A stretch of 64,000 bases of DNA from Candidatus Omnitrophota bacterium. GTDB lineage: Bacteria; Omnitrophota; Gorgyraeia; 2-01-FULL-45-10. Below are positions 20,083 through 29,472 of the stretch, piece by piece. The number at the start of each line of letters is the position of its first letter. Within the stretch, counting starts at the first letter, position 1. The position numbers and the translations under genes are program-made. The notes under the pieces were generated by a model that was not told the origin of the DNA, did not search any database, and saw nothing but the letters and a program-made list of their open reading frames with translations. Where the stretch lies: assembly GCA_028699255.1 (NCBI GenBank), contig JAQVUX010000003.1:18654-82653 (forward strand). Reading direction: 5' to 3'.

Positions 20083-20961
20083 ATGAAGCGGCGCGTGCTT
20101 ATAACCGGCTCGGGCGGTATGCTCGGGATCGATCTTTGTAAAGAACTGGAAAGCGCATATAAGATTTACGGAGCCGATGTAATCCCCGGCAAAAACTTTG
20201 TTTGCAATATAACAAACAAAGACAGCGTTTCCGGGATAATTTCAAAAATACGCCCGGATGTTGTCATACATTCGGCCGCATGGACGGATGTAGACGGATG
20301 TGAGCTTAATAAAGTCAAAGCCTTCGCGATAAATGCCGACGGTACGAGGAATGTAGCATCCGCCTGCAGACAGAGCGGCGCGGTTTTGATCTATATAAGT
20401 ACCGATTTCGTATTCGACGGTAAAAAGAAAGCGCCTTATAAAGAGCCCGATGAGCCGCATCCTTTAAATATTTACGCCGAATCTAAATTAAAGGGCGAAG
20501 AGATTGTTAAAAAGTTAGATAAATATTTCATCATTCGCACAAGCTGGCTATACGGAAAGAACGGTAAAAATTTCGTAGATACGATTATTAAAAAGAGCAA
20601 AACAGAAAAAGACCTGAAAGTTGTCGACGATCAGATAGGGTCGCCGACATATACAGTTGACTTATCGAAAGCGATTCATGCGCTGTTAGATAAAATAGCG
20701 GATAGCGAGCGGTGGATAGCGGATAGATCCGGGATATACCATGTAGCTAATTCGGGAGCTATCTCCTGGTTCGGATACGCCGAAACGATTTTACGGTTAA
20801 CCGGGTCGGACGCGAAAGTCTCTCCGATATCGTCGGAAAAACTGAACAGGCCCGCAACGCGGCCCGCGATGTCGGTATTGGACAATGCGAAATTTACCGG
20901 CTTGACCGGTTATAAGATGAGGGATTGGCAGACAGCGTTAAAAGATTACCTTGACCTGTGA
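20083..20961 (+). CDS. rmlD: dTDP-4-dehydrorhamnose reductase
   Basis: MKRRVLITGSGGMLG N-terminus, RmlD-length (~293 aa); ORF-track start 19996 would translate the palindromic element so ATG 20083 preferred. Confidence 0.8.
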   Translation: MKRRVLITGSGGMLGIDLCKELESAYKIYGADVIPGKNFVCNITNKDSVSGIISKIRPDVVIHSAAWTDVDGCELNKVKAFAINADGTRNVASACRQSGAVLIYISTDFVFDGKKKAPYKEPDEPHPLNIYAESKLKGEEIVKKLDKYFIIRTSWLYGKNGKNFVDTIIKKSKTEKDLKVVDDQIGSPTYTVDLSKAIHALLDKIADSERWIADRSGIYHVANSGAISWFGYAETILRLTGSDAKVSPISSEKLNRPATRPAMSVLDNAKFTGLTGYKMRDWQTALKDYLDL

Positions 20962-20964
20962 TTT

Positions 20965-20999
20965 GACCTCCGAGGTCGCCTTTGGCGACCTCGGAGGTC
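20965..20999 (+). terminator. Perfect 16-bp stem / 3-nt loop hairpin after rmlD (gacctccgaggtcgcc ttt ggcgacctcggaggtc), followed by two direct repeats ctgtaaggYgctaaa (20999-21013, 21019-21033)
   Basis: Read directly from sequence; no strong U-tract so may be attenuator/RNA-processing or protein-binding element rather than intrinsic terminator. Confidence 0.4.
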
Positions 21000-21048
21000 T
21001 GTAAGGTGCTAAATTGACCTGTAAGGCGCTAAAAGGAGATGGATAATT

Positions 21049-22353
21049 ATGCTGGCAAAACTTAAGGCTAAGATACTGAAGAAAGAAGCGAAGATCGGGA
21101 TCATCGGGCTGGGTTATGTGGGACTGCCGCTCGCCCTGACATTCGTCAAAAAGGGTTTTGAAGTGTATGGCATGGATGTAGATGAAGCCAGGGTTTTAAA
21201 ACTCGGCAAAGGGGTTTCGCATATACTTGATGTGCCGTCTTCGGATATAAGAGATGCCATAACAAAAAGAAAGTTCGCGGTTACGAACGATTTTAGCCAT
21301 ATTAAAAAGTTGGATGCGCTGATAATCTGCGTACCCACGCCTCTGTATAAAACAAAAGAGCCCGACGTTTCCTACATAGTTTCCGCGGTCAAGAACATAA
21401 AAAAATACATGAAACGTGGCCAGATTATTGTGCTTGAATCGACAACATACCCCGGCACGACCGAAGAGGTTATGTTACCGGTGCTGGAAGAGGGCGGTAT
21501 GAAAGAAGGCAGGGATTTTTATCTCGCGTTCTCGCCGGAGAGAGTCGATCCCGGCAATCCTAAATACGACACTAAGAATACGCCAAAAATCATCGGTGGT
21601 ATATCGAAAAAATCTACCGAAATAGCAAAACTTCTTTACGAACAGGCCATTGATATAGTCGTCCCGGTCTCTTCGGCAAAAGTTGCCGAGATGGTGAAGC
21701 TCCTGGAGAATACTTTCCGGATAGTGAATATAGGCCTTGTTAACGAGATAATGCTCATGTGCGACAAGCTTGGCATTAATGCCTGGGAGGTTATAGACGC
21801 GGCGAAGACGAAACCGTACGGATTTATGCCTTTTTATCCGGGCCCCGGAGTCGGAGGGCACTGCATCCCGATAGATCCGATATATTTATCATGGAAGGCG
21901 AGAATGCACGGTTTCGAGGCGCGATTTATCGATCTGGCCTCGCAGGTCAATTCGGAGATGCCGCGTTATGTGGTGTATAAAGCGGCGGAAGGATTGAATC
22001 TTCATAAGAAACCTTTAATGTGTTCAAAAGTGCTGGTGGTGGGCGCGGCCTACAAGAAAGACGTAAAAGATCTGCGCGAATCTCCCGCCTTGGAAATAAT
22101 AGAAATGCTTATTCAGAAGGGCGCGCTCGTATCGTATTATGATCCGTACCTGCCGTATCTTAAGATCGGCGATATAAATCTTAAATGCCGGAAGTTCGCG
22201 AAGAACTCGTTTTCCGACGTAGATTGTGTAATCATAGTGACAGACCACTCGAACGTGGATTATCAATTTATCGTCGATAATTCCAAGCTGGTAGTCGACA
22301 CCAGAAATATCCTGAAGGATATCAAGAACAGGTCCAACATAGTGAGGTTATAG
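21049..22353 (+). CDS. UDP-N-acetyl-D-hexosamine 6-dehydrogenase (WbpA/TviB/WecC family)
   Basis: KIGIIGLGYVGLPLAL Rossmann, catalytic GPGVGGHCIPID motif, 434 aa. Confidence 0.75.
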   Translation: MLAKLKAKILKKEAKIGIIGLGYVGLPLALTFVKKGFEVYGMDVDEARVLKLGKGVSHILDVPSSDIRDAITKRKFAVTNDFSHIKKLDALIICVPTPLYKTKEPDVSYIVSAVKNIKKYMKRGQIIVLESTTYPGTTEEVMLPVLEEGGMKEGRDFYLAFSPERVDPGNPKYDTKNTPKIIGGISKKSTEIAKLLYEQAIDIVVPVSSAKVAEMVKLLENTFRIVNIGLVNEIMLMCDKLGINAWEVIDAAKTKPYGFMPFYPGPGVGGHCIPIDPIYLSWKARMHGFEARFIDLASQVNSEMPRYVVYKAAEGLNLHKKPLMCSKVLVVGAAYKKDVKDLRESPALEIIEMLIQKGALVSYYDPYLPYLKIGDINLKCRKFAKNSFSDVDCVIIVTDHSNVDYQFIVDNSKLVVDTRNILKDIKNRSNIVRL

Positions 22354-23282
22354 TGGCAAAATATCTTGTTACGGGCGGCGCAGGTTTTATAGGCTCGAAT
22401 ATCGTCGAAGAACTTGTAAGACGAAAACAAAAGGTCAGGGTTTTCGACAGTTTTATTACGGGCAAACGGGAGAATCTCGCGCCGTTTTCGGGCGTGATTG
22501 AAATTGTAAAAGGCGATATCCGTGATGCCGCCGCGCTTAAACGCGCCTTGAAAGGGATCGATTATGTTATCCATCAGGCGGCCTTGCGTTCCGTCCCAAA
22601 ATCGGTCGATGACCCGTTTACGACAAACGATATAAACGTATTTGGTACGCTGAATCTTTTGATGGAGTGTAAGAAGGCCGGTATCAAGAGAGTGGTTTAC
22701 GCTTCATCAAGCTCGGTCTACGGTGATGCCAAAACCTTTCCACAAAGAGAGTCCGACTACGCCTCGCCGATCTCGCCTTACGGTGTTTCGAAGCTTGCCG
22801 CGGAAAATTACTGCGTTACCTTCGCCAAGACGTTCGGGCTGGAGACGGTGAGTTTAAGATATTTCAACGTTTTCGGGCCGAGACAGAATCCGGAATCGAA
22901 ATACTCGGCTGTCATACCGATGTTCATATTCAAGATGCTCAAAGGCGAGCGGCCTATCGTAGAATGGAATGGGAACCAGTCGCGCGATTTTACCTATGTG
23001 GCGAATGTCGTCGCCGCGAATTTAAACGCGTGCGTCGTGCCGGGCATCTCCGGGGAGGTATTCAACGTGGCCTGCGGGACTACGACGTCGGTGAACGACA
23101 TCGTCTCTGCGCTGAACGGTATATTGAAGACTGACATAAGAAGCGAATACGCGCCGAAAAGACGGGGGGACGTCAAAAAGACGCGCGCGGATATAACTAA
23201 GATGAAGCGGCTTTTAAAGATTAAAAAAATAACCGGTTTCGACGAAGGCCTGAAACTCACGGTAGAATGGTTTAAGAAATGA
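22353..23282 (+). CDS. NAD-dependent sugar-nucleotide 4-epimerase (WbpP/TviC/GalE-like)
   Basis: [36 protein letters not shown] (YxxxK); paired with hexosamine dehydrogenase as in WbpA-WbpP/TviB-TviC. Confidence 0.7.
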   Translation: MAKYLVTGGAGFIGSNIVEELVRRKQKVRVFDSFITGKRENLAPFSGVIEIVKGDIRDAAALKRALKGIDYVIHQAALRSVPKSVDDPFTTNDINVFGTLNLLMECKKAGIKRVVYASSSSVYGDAKTFPQRESDYASPISPYGVSKLAAENYCVTFAKTFGLETVSLRYFNVFGPRQNPESKYSAVIPMFIFKMLKGERPIVEWNGNQSRDFTYVANVVAANLNACVVPGISGEVFNVACGTTTSVNDIVSALNGILKTDIRSEYAPKRRGDVKKTRADITKMKRLLKIKKITGFDEGLKLTVEWFKK

Positions 23283-24211
23283 CGAAGAAAAGGATACTCA
23301 TAACCGGCGGCGCAGGGTTTTTAGGTTCGCATCTTTGTGAATTATTCCTGGCGAAGGGCTACCGCGTGATATGCATGGACAATCTTATCACCGGTAAGAT
23401 GAGCAATATAAAGCCTCTCGCAAAAAACAGAGAGTTCCAATTTATAAAACATAATGTTTCGGAATATATAGATGTGAAAGGCCGCCTCGATTATATACTG
23501 CATTTCGCATCCCCCGCAAGCCCGATAGATTATCTCAAATACCCGATACCGACGCTTAAAGTCGGCTCTCTCGGGACGCATAATGTTTTAGGTCTGGCCA
23601 AGGCAAAGAAGAGCATATTCCTTCTTGCCTCGACGAGCGAAGTGTACGGCGATCCCCTCGTAAATCCTCAGCCGGAGAGCTATTGGGGCAACGTCAACCC
23701 TGTCGGCCCGCGCGGTGTTTACGACGAGGCGAAAAGATTTTCGGAAGCGATAACGATGGCCTACCATCGATATCACGGTCTCGATACGAAGATCGTTCGC
23801 ATATTCAATACTTACGGCGAACGGATGAGGGAAGAGGATGGCAGGGCAATCCCTAATTTCATAAGTCAGGCCCTTAAAGACAGGCCGATAACCGTTTATG
23901 GTAATGGTTATCAGACGAGGAGTTTCTGTTATGTGTCGGATCTTGTGGACGGCATTTACAGGCTTCTAATGTCTCGTGAACATGAGCCGGTCAATATCGG
24001 AAACCCCAATGAAATCACCCTATTAAAACTCGCTAAGATAATAATAGCACTTACCGGGTCGAAAAGCAGGATCGTTTATAAACCCCTTCCCGTCGACGAT
24101 CCGAAAGTAAGGCGTCCTGTTATTGAAAAAGCCAAAAGAATACTTGGTTGGAAGCCCAGGGTTGGTCTCGAGGAAGGCCTGTCGCGCACCATAGATTATT
24201 TTACGCTGTAG
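23279..24211 (+). CDS. uxs: UDP-glucuronate decarboxylase (UDP-xylose synthase)
   Basis: [27 protein letters not shown] (YxxxK), 310 aa typical UXS/ArnA-decarboxylase-domain length. Confidence 0.8.
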   Translation: MTKKRILITGGAGFLGSHLCELFLAKGYRVICMDNLITGKMSNIKPLAKNREFQFIKHNVSEYIDVKGRLDYILHFASPASPIDYLKYPIPTLKVGSLGTHNVLGLAKAKKSIFLLASTSEVYGDPLVNPQPESYWGNVNPVGPRGVYDEAKRFSEAITMAYHRYHGLDTKIVRIFNTYGERMREEDGRAIPNFISQALKDRPITVYGNGYQTRSFCYVSDLVDGIYRLLMSREHEPVNIGNPNEITLLKLAKIIIALTGSKSRIVYKPLPVDDPKVRRPVIEKAKRILGWKPRVGLEEGLSRTIDYFTL

Positions 24212-24228
24212 GAAAAATAAAGGTATTT

Positions 24229-24771
24229 ATGCGCGCTACGGATAAAAGATCGCGAATTGTTTTTTTGATAGTACTTATCGCGGGTATTGGAATTATATTG
24301 TTCGCCTGGCGCCATCTTCCCCAAACTGCTTATAATTCATTTGCGTCATCCGTTGATTGTTGCATGAAACGGTCTATGCATGTCTATGAAACATACCCAA
24401 CCGCCACACACTATTACGTATTGCCGGAAAATTGCTCCCTTGAATTTTTTAAGCACGGCGTAACCCCGGGGATGCTATCCGGTATTATAATTAATAGCCT
24501 GTTCAATGCTATATTTCAACCTTTATTCTTATGTGTTTTGTCGCCGCAGACTATTTTAACTTACCTGCTATTCCCGTTCTTTATATACGGATGTATTGTT
24601 TATTTCCGGAAATTACCGCTTATGGTAATATTCTTTTTTGGTTTCTTGATTTATATAGGCATGAGAGATAACGTCGTGGAAGCTCTCATACGGCACAGGA
24701 TGGCATGCGATCTGATATATCTATTAATAGGACTGGCTGGCTTTACGCGCTTGATTACCGAAAAGTCATAA
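24229..24771 (+). CDS. Hypothetical polytopic membrane protein (low-GC segment; possibly 5' part of a frameshifted Wzy-like gene)
   Basis: Hydrophobic helices, ~35% GC, overlaps next ORF in different frame. Confidence 0.35.
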   Translation: MRATDKRSRIVFLIVLIAGIGIILFAWRHLPQTAYNSFASSVDCCMKRSMHVYETYPTATHYYVLPENCSLEFFKHGVTPGMLSGIIINSLFNAIFQPLFLCVLSPQTILTYLLFPFFIYGCIVYFRKLPLMVIFFFGFLIYIGMRDNVVEALIRHRMACDLIYLLIGLAGFTRLITEKS

Positions 24772-25322
24772 TAATAGCTCTTCTTCTTAGAGTTATTTTT
24801 GCTTCGGCATATGACGTTTTTGTATCCGTGACGGACAGGGATGTATTATTACCCGACAGTAAATATTATTCTACCACCGGAGAATACATAGCCTTTTTAT
24901 TGGATAGCCATACTATAGCCGACATGGAAAGCTATTTTAAAGGAAAGGACGCGCATACCCAATTCATTTTCTTCGATACGCTAAAGTACCAGAAAGGGCA
25001 TTTTATAGCCCCTAAGGCCGAAGCAATCATATACATATATATTATCGGCGTGATATATTTTATATTCGGGCACCTGACCATCTTAGTCAGGTTTTTTAAT
25101 ATATTTCTCAGCATAATGAGCGTATATTTTATCTTTATGATCGCGAAACGAAAATTCGGCGATCTGACCGCAAATCTCTTTCTATTATTTGCCTTATTTT
25201 TACCGGCGCATTTTATGTACTCGATAACTTTGTCTAGAGATTTTGTTAGAGTCTTTGTCGTTACTTTTATTTTGTGGCTTTTATATGGAGGGATTATATG
25301 GAAACGAAGCAAAAAAGAATAG
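24705..25322 (+). CDS. Hypothetical polytopic membrane protein (continues previous ORF in +2 frame)
   Basis: Multiple TM segments; frame switches within 24705-24771 overlap. Confidence 0.35.
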   Translation: MRSDISINRTGWLYALDYRKVIIIALLLRVIFASAYDVFVSVTDRDVLLPDSKYYSTTGEYIAFLLDSHTIADMESYFKGKDAHTQFIFFDTLKYQKGHFIAPKAEAIIYIYIIGVIYFIFGHLTILVRFFNIFLSIMSVYFIFMIAKRKFGDLTANLFLLFALFLPAHFMYSITLSRDFVRVFVVTFILWLLYGGIIWKRSKKE

Positions 25323-25621
25323 CGTTGTTCTTGGTGATTTATATCGTCTTATTGTGGGTAGGGTTCAAATCGGGTACGGTATATGCCCGTATGCGTAATA
25401 AATTAGCGGTAGAAAAGGTTTACGTGCCCAGTGTGCCTAAAACGGAAATTTATTATATTGTGTCTTTGAATAAAATGAATGAGGTCATATCCTACGATGA
25501 AGTGGACGAGAATAGCACAGTCATGAAAATATACTTTAATAACGAACTCCGCCCAATACTCAAGGGTAGTAATATTGTAATATATGACTGGAAGGGGAAT
25601 AAATTATACCAATCAAGATAA
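25298..25621 (+). CDS. Hypothetical small membrane-anchored protein
   Basis: GGAGGG RBS 6 nt upstream of ATG 25298; one N-terminal TM helix then soluble domain. Confidence 0.3.
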   Translation: METKQKRIALFLVIYIVLLWVGFKSGTVYARMRNKLAVEKVYVPSVPKTEIYYIVSLNKMNEVISYDEVDENSTVMKIYFNNELRPILKGSNIVIYDWKGNKLYQSR

Positions 25622-25733
25622 TATGCCTCACAATAGTTGTTTAAATCGTTTAAAATAAAGCAAACCATGGTATATTTCGGAATAGAATAAGATTTGTAAC
25701 ACATTGAAAAATAGATTGTTATATCAATGAAAT

Positions 25734-25759
25734 ATGGCCTAAGCACGGGCCATTTTTTA
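25734..25759 (+). terminator. Candidate intrinsic terminator (atggcc-taagcacg-ggccat + TTTTTT)
   Basis: 6-bp stem, 8-nt loop, 6-T run, located at end of low-GC segment immediately before promoter. Confidence 0.45.
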
Positions 25760-25788
25760 TTGACATCATATAGGCTGGGTGCTAAAAT
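25760..25788 (+). promoter_or_regulatory. Sigma70-type promoter TTGACA-17nt-TAAAAT, followed by AAGGAGG RBS (25808-25814) and GTG start 25819
   Basis: Consensus -35 hexamer, 17-nt spacer, near-consensus -10, ideal spacing to downstream RBS/start. Confidence 0.6.
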
Positions 25789-25818
25789 ACTCGCTATTCA
25801 CAATTTAAGGAGGATTAA

Positions 25819-26925
25819 GTGAAAGTACCGATATTGAACTTGAAGCGGCAATACGAACCGATCAAAGCGGAAATAGGCGCGGCTATAGATAAAGTTGTCC
25901 GCGAACAGGATTTTATATTAGGCAAAGAGGTGTCGATGTTGGAAGAAGAGATCGCCAAATATTGCGGTACAGGGTTTGCCGTAGGTTTGGCATCCGGCAC
26001 CGATGCTCTTATACTGGCTCTTAAGGCATTGGGCATAAAAGCAGGCGATGAAGTAATAACGTCGCCGTTTACTTTTTTTGCTACCGCCGAAGCAGTATCG
26101 ATCGTAGGAGCAAAGCCTGTTTTTGTCGACATAGAACCAAAAACATATAATATCGACCCATATCTTATCGAAAAGAGTATTACCAAAGCGACAAAAGCCA
26201 TAATACCCGTTCATATATACGGCCAGTGCGCTGATATGGATCCTGTAATGAATATAGCGAAGAAGCATGCTCTTAAGGTGATCGAAGATACCGCGCAGGC
26301 AATAGGTGCGAAATATAAGGGGCGTTCCGCCGGGTCTATGGGTGATATCGGCGCTTTAAGTTTTTTCCCGAGCAAAAATCTGGGTGGCTTCGGAGACGGC
26401 GGTATGATAATTACAAATGATCGGAATTTAGCTGACAGCGTAAAAATGCTCAGAGTTCACGGAAGCTCGGTAAGATATGAGCACTCTGCCATAGGGATGA
26501 ATTCCCGCCTGGATAATATACAGGCGGCGGTTCTCAGAATAAAGCTGAAGTATCTCGATAAATGGCTGGAACTCCGTCGGAATAAAGCGGATTATTACAC
26601 GACAAACCTGAAGGGCCTTCCTCTTGAGATGCCGGAAGTTCCATCACACAATGTCCATACATATCATCTTTTTACACTCAGAGCGCGGCAGGACGCAGAG
26701 CCGATAGTGCGGTTTTTGACGGATTCCGGGATTGAGTCCAGGGCATATTATCCGATACCACTGCATCTTCAGAAATGTTATGGATACCTGGGGTACAAAC
26801 AGGGCGATTTTAAAGAAGCCGAGAAGGCGTCGAAGCAGGTATTTTCGATACCTCTATATCCGGAGATGAGTGACGATGAAATGAAATATGTGGTAAGCAA
26901 ATTAAAGGAGTATTTTAAAGCCTGA
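25819..26925 (+). CDS. DegT/DnrJ/EryC1/StrS-family PLP-dependent sugar aminotransferase
   Basis: MKVPILNLKRQYEPIKAEI...DFILGKEV N-terminal signature of the family; 368 aa. Confidence 0.85.
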   Translation: MKVPILNLKRQYEPIKAEIGAAIDKVVREQDFILGKEVSMLEEEIAKYCGTGFAVGLASGTDALILALKALGIKAGDEVITSPFTFFATAEAVSIVGAKPVFVDIEPKTYNIDPYLIEKSITKATKAIIPVHIYGQCADMDPVMNIAKKHALKVIEDTAQAIGAKYKGRSAGSMGDIGALSFFPSKNLGGFGDGGMIITNDRNLADSVKMLRVHGSSVRYEHSAIGMNSRLDNIQAAVLRIKLKYLDKWLELRRNKADYYTTNLKGLPLEMPEVPSHNVHTYHLFTLRARQDAEPIVRFLTDSGIESRAYYPIPLHLQKCYGYLGYKQGDFKEAEKASKQVFSIPLYPEMSDDEMKYVVSKLKEYFKA

Positions 26926-26931
26926 TATTCT

Positions 26932-28809
26932 ATGTGCGGGATAACCGGTATATTCAATATAAACGGTATGAATATCGAAGCTCCGGCGTTACGGCGCATG
27001 AATGCCGCTCTTTCGCATCGTGGCCCGGACGATGAAGGGTATTTTACGGATAGAGACATAGGTCTCGGGCATAAGCGGCTTTCTATTATCGACCTGTCGT
27101 CGGCGGCCCGCCAGCCCATATCGAACGAAAACGGTACGATGTGGCTTGTTTACAACGGCGAGATATATAATTATCCCGAGTTGGTGCATGACTTGAAAAA
27201 CCTGGGACACAAATTCAAGTCGCATTCCGATGCGGAGGTTGTGTTGCATGCTTACGAAGAGTGGGGCGCCTCGGCGCTTGATAAATTCCGCGGGATGTGG
27301 GCTTTCGCCTTATGGGATAGCGATAAGAGAGAGTTGTTCTGTTGCAGGGACCGTTTCGGGATAAAACCTTTTTACTACTACCTGGATAAAGATAAATTTG
27401 TATTTGCCTCCGAGATAAAGGCTATTCTTGAACATGGGACTATAGAAAAAAGCCCTAATCTTGAAACCGTACACCGTTATCTTGTGAGAGGTTATGGTTA
27501 CACTGATACGAGCGATGAAACATTCTTTTCGAATATCCGACAGCTTAAGCCCGGGTGTTATCTATCTGTTTCTCGTAGCGGAGCCTCGGAGTGTTCTTAT
27601 TGGCGGCTTTCGCCGCATAAATATAGCGAGCCTGCCGATTTCGGTAAAATAAAAGAGAAATTTTTAAGTCTTCTGGAGGAGTCGACGAGATTAAGCCTGC
27701 GAAGCGACGTCCCTGTGGGCATTGCCTTAAGCGGCGGGATAGACTCATCTTCCATCGCGGTTATCATGTCCGCTTCGACGAAGTGCCGCATCGAAAGTTT
27801 TTCGGCGTGCTTTGACGAAGAAGGGTGTGATGAGCGGGCATTTATTAATGAGATACTTAAAGATGAAAAGTTTATTCCGAATTTTGTATATCCTCAAGCG
27901 TTTTCTTTCGCAGATGAACTTGAAAAGATAGTCTGGCATCAGGATGAGCCTTACAGCAGTCCAAGTATATTCTCCCATTGGGAGGTTATGAAGAAAGCCA
28001 AAGAAAAAGGCATAAAAGTCCTGATCACCGGCCAGGGAGGCGACGAGCTTCTGGGCGGCTATAATAAATTCTACCCCTATTATTTTCTGGATCTTCTGAC
28101 GAATGCAGGCGCAGGCCCATTTTTAAAAGGCCTGTCCGGACTGGATCCGATCACAGGTTACACAAAACGAAGTATTATTGCCGCCATGATAAAGATATTC
28201 TCTTCAAGCGTCGTCCCCGACGGATTAAAAAGAATCGCACGGAGCGTATGCGCATCGAAACGGCCGGCATTTCTGCGCAAAGATTTTTTCGAAACCGGCT
28301 TTGATAAAACTAAGGATAGGACAGGGGGTGTCCGGTACGGTTCATTTTTAAATCAGGAGCTTTATGATTCGACTATCGTATCGCCGCTACCGTCTTTATT
28401 GCATATAGACGATCGAAACAGCATGGCTCATTCTGTCGAGTCACGTCCGCCTTTCCTGGACCATAAGCTTGCGGAATTCGTTTTCTCCCTCTCGTACGAT
28501 GTTAAAATTTCGGGTGGGGTTACCAAATATCTTCTGCGCGAATCACTGTCAGGCTCACTGCCGGAAAAGATCAGAACCAGACGCGATAAGATGGGCTTCG
28601 TTACGCCTGTCGGCATATGGTTCAAGGGCAAGCTAAAAGACCGGGTAATGTCGATGCCGGATTCCTCAGTTATCGAAAAATGGAAGATATTCGATAAAAA
28701 CGGGATGAGGAAAGTTATAGATGAACATATGAGCGGTAAAGCGGATCGCTCTTTTACTATATGGAGCTGGGTAAATTTAGAGATATGGCTGAATACTTTT
28801 TTCGCGTGA
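26932..28809 (+). CDS. Asparagine synthase-family glutamine amidotransferase (probable sugar amidotransferase, WbpS/PseA-like role)
   Basis: MCGITGIF N-terminus, SGGIDSS PP-loop; embedded in glycan locus. Confidence 0.8.
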   Translation: MCGITGIFNINGMNIEAPALRRMNAALSHRGPDDEGYFTDRDIGLGHKRLSIIDLSSAARQPISNENGTMWLVYNGEIYNYPELVHDLKNLGHKFKSHSDAEVVLHAYEEWGASALDKFRGMWAFALWDSDKRELFCCRDRFGIKPFYYYLDKDKFVFASEIKAILEHGTIEKSPNLETVHRYLVRGYGYTDTSDETFFSNIRQLKPGCYLSVSRSGASECSYWRLSPHKYSEPADFGKIKEKFLSLLEESTRLSLRSDVPVGIALSGGIDSSSIAVIMSASTKCRIESFSACFDEEGCDERAFINEILKDEKFIPNFVYPQAFSFADELEKIVWHQDEPYSSPSIFSHWEVMKKAKEKGIKVLITGQGGDELLGGYNKFYPYYFLDLLTNAGAGPFLKGLSGLDPITGYTKRSIIAAMIKIFSSSVVPDGLKRIARSVCASKRPAFLRKDFFETGFDKTKDRTGGVRYGSFLNQELYDSTIVSPLPSLLHIDDRNSMAHSVESRPPFLDHKLAEFVFSLSYDVKISGGVTKYLLRESLSGSLPEKIRTRRDKMGFVTPVGIWFKGKLKDRVMSMPDSSVIEKWKIFDKNGMRKVIDEHMSGKADRSFTIWSWVNLEIWLNTFFA

Positions 28810-28824
28810 AAGGGCCTGGTTAGA

Positions 28825-29460
28825 ATGGAAAATTACTGGAAGATGAAGAGCTGTGGCATAGATCGGGGTGCCGTACAAAAAGGAATTATCGAGACATACC
28901 CATTATCGGCCTGCCGAAAACCTTCCGAGGCGCATAAGTTGTGGCTTAAACATGTCCTTTCCGCAGGCAGTGTTCTTGATTTCGGCGCCGGAGATTTGAG
29001 ATTTAAAAAATTCGCCTGTGACAATGGATTTAAAGGAAATTACAAAACTCTGGATATAGCGGACGGTATCTCATACGATTACCGGGATATATCCCAGGTG
29101 AAAGAAAAATTCGACCTTATCCTGTGTTTTGAGGTTATTGAGCACCTTCCGTTGGAATCATTTTTAAAACTGATCAAATCTTTTAAAGATATTTTGAACG
29201 AAAAAGGGACGCTTATAATCACCACCCCGAATATTCATCATATAAATCATTTCTGGAAGACGGACGTTACACATATAAGGCCGTATCCATACACGGATCT
29301 ATGCGCCATATTGAAAAACCAGGGATACGGTAATCTTAAAGTTTATCGGTTGGTATGGCGTAATTACGGCCGCTTCAGATTTTTCATAAAGAGGATCCTG
29401 GCATATTTCCTGGAAGTTGATTGTGCCACCAATATTTGTGTTATCGCAGAGCGGTTTTAG
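28825..29460 (+). CDS. Class I SAM-dependent methyltransferase
   Basis: Motif I VLDFGAGDL, motif post-I/II LILCFEVIEHLP. Confidence 0.6.
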   Translation: MENYWKMKSCGIDRGAVQKGIIETYPLSACRKPSEAHKLWLKHVLSAGSVLDFGAGDLRFKKFACDNGFKGNYKTLDIADGISYDYRDISQVKEKFDLILCFEVIEHLPLESFLKLIKSFKDILNEKGTLIITTPNIHHINHFWKTDVTHIRPYPYTDLCAILKNQGYGNLKVYRLVWRNYGRFRFFIKRILAYFLEVDCATNICVIAERF

Positions 29461-29472
29461 GGCGGAGGAGAC

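Noticed and set aside
19971-21033. Possible CRISPR array or tandem repeat cluster
   Set aside because: The palindromes and the two ctgtaaggYgctaaa copies are single elements without regular repeat-spacer periodicity, and no cas genes are present. Nothing elsewhere in the window resembles a CRISPR array.
24148-24228. ORF-track start at 24148 overlapping the end of uxs by 64 nt
   Set aside because: The overlap is long and there is no RBS. ATG 24229 (MRATDKRS) begins right after the uxs stop, so it was used instead.
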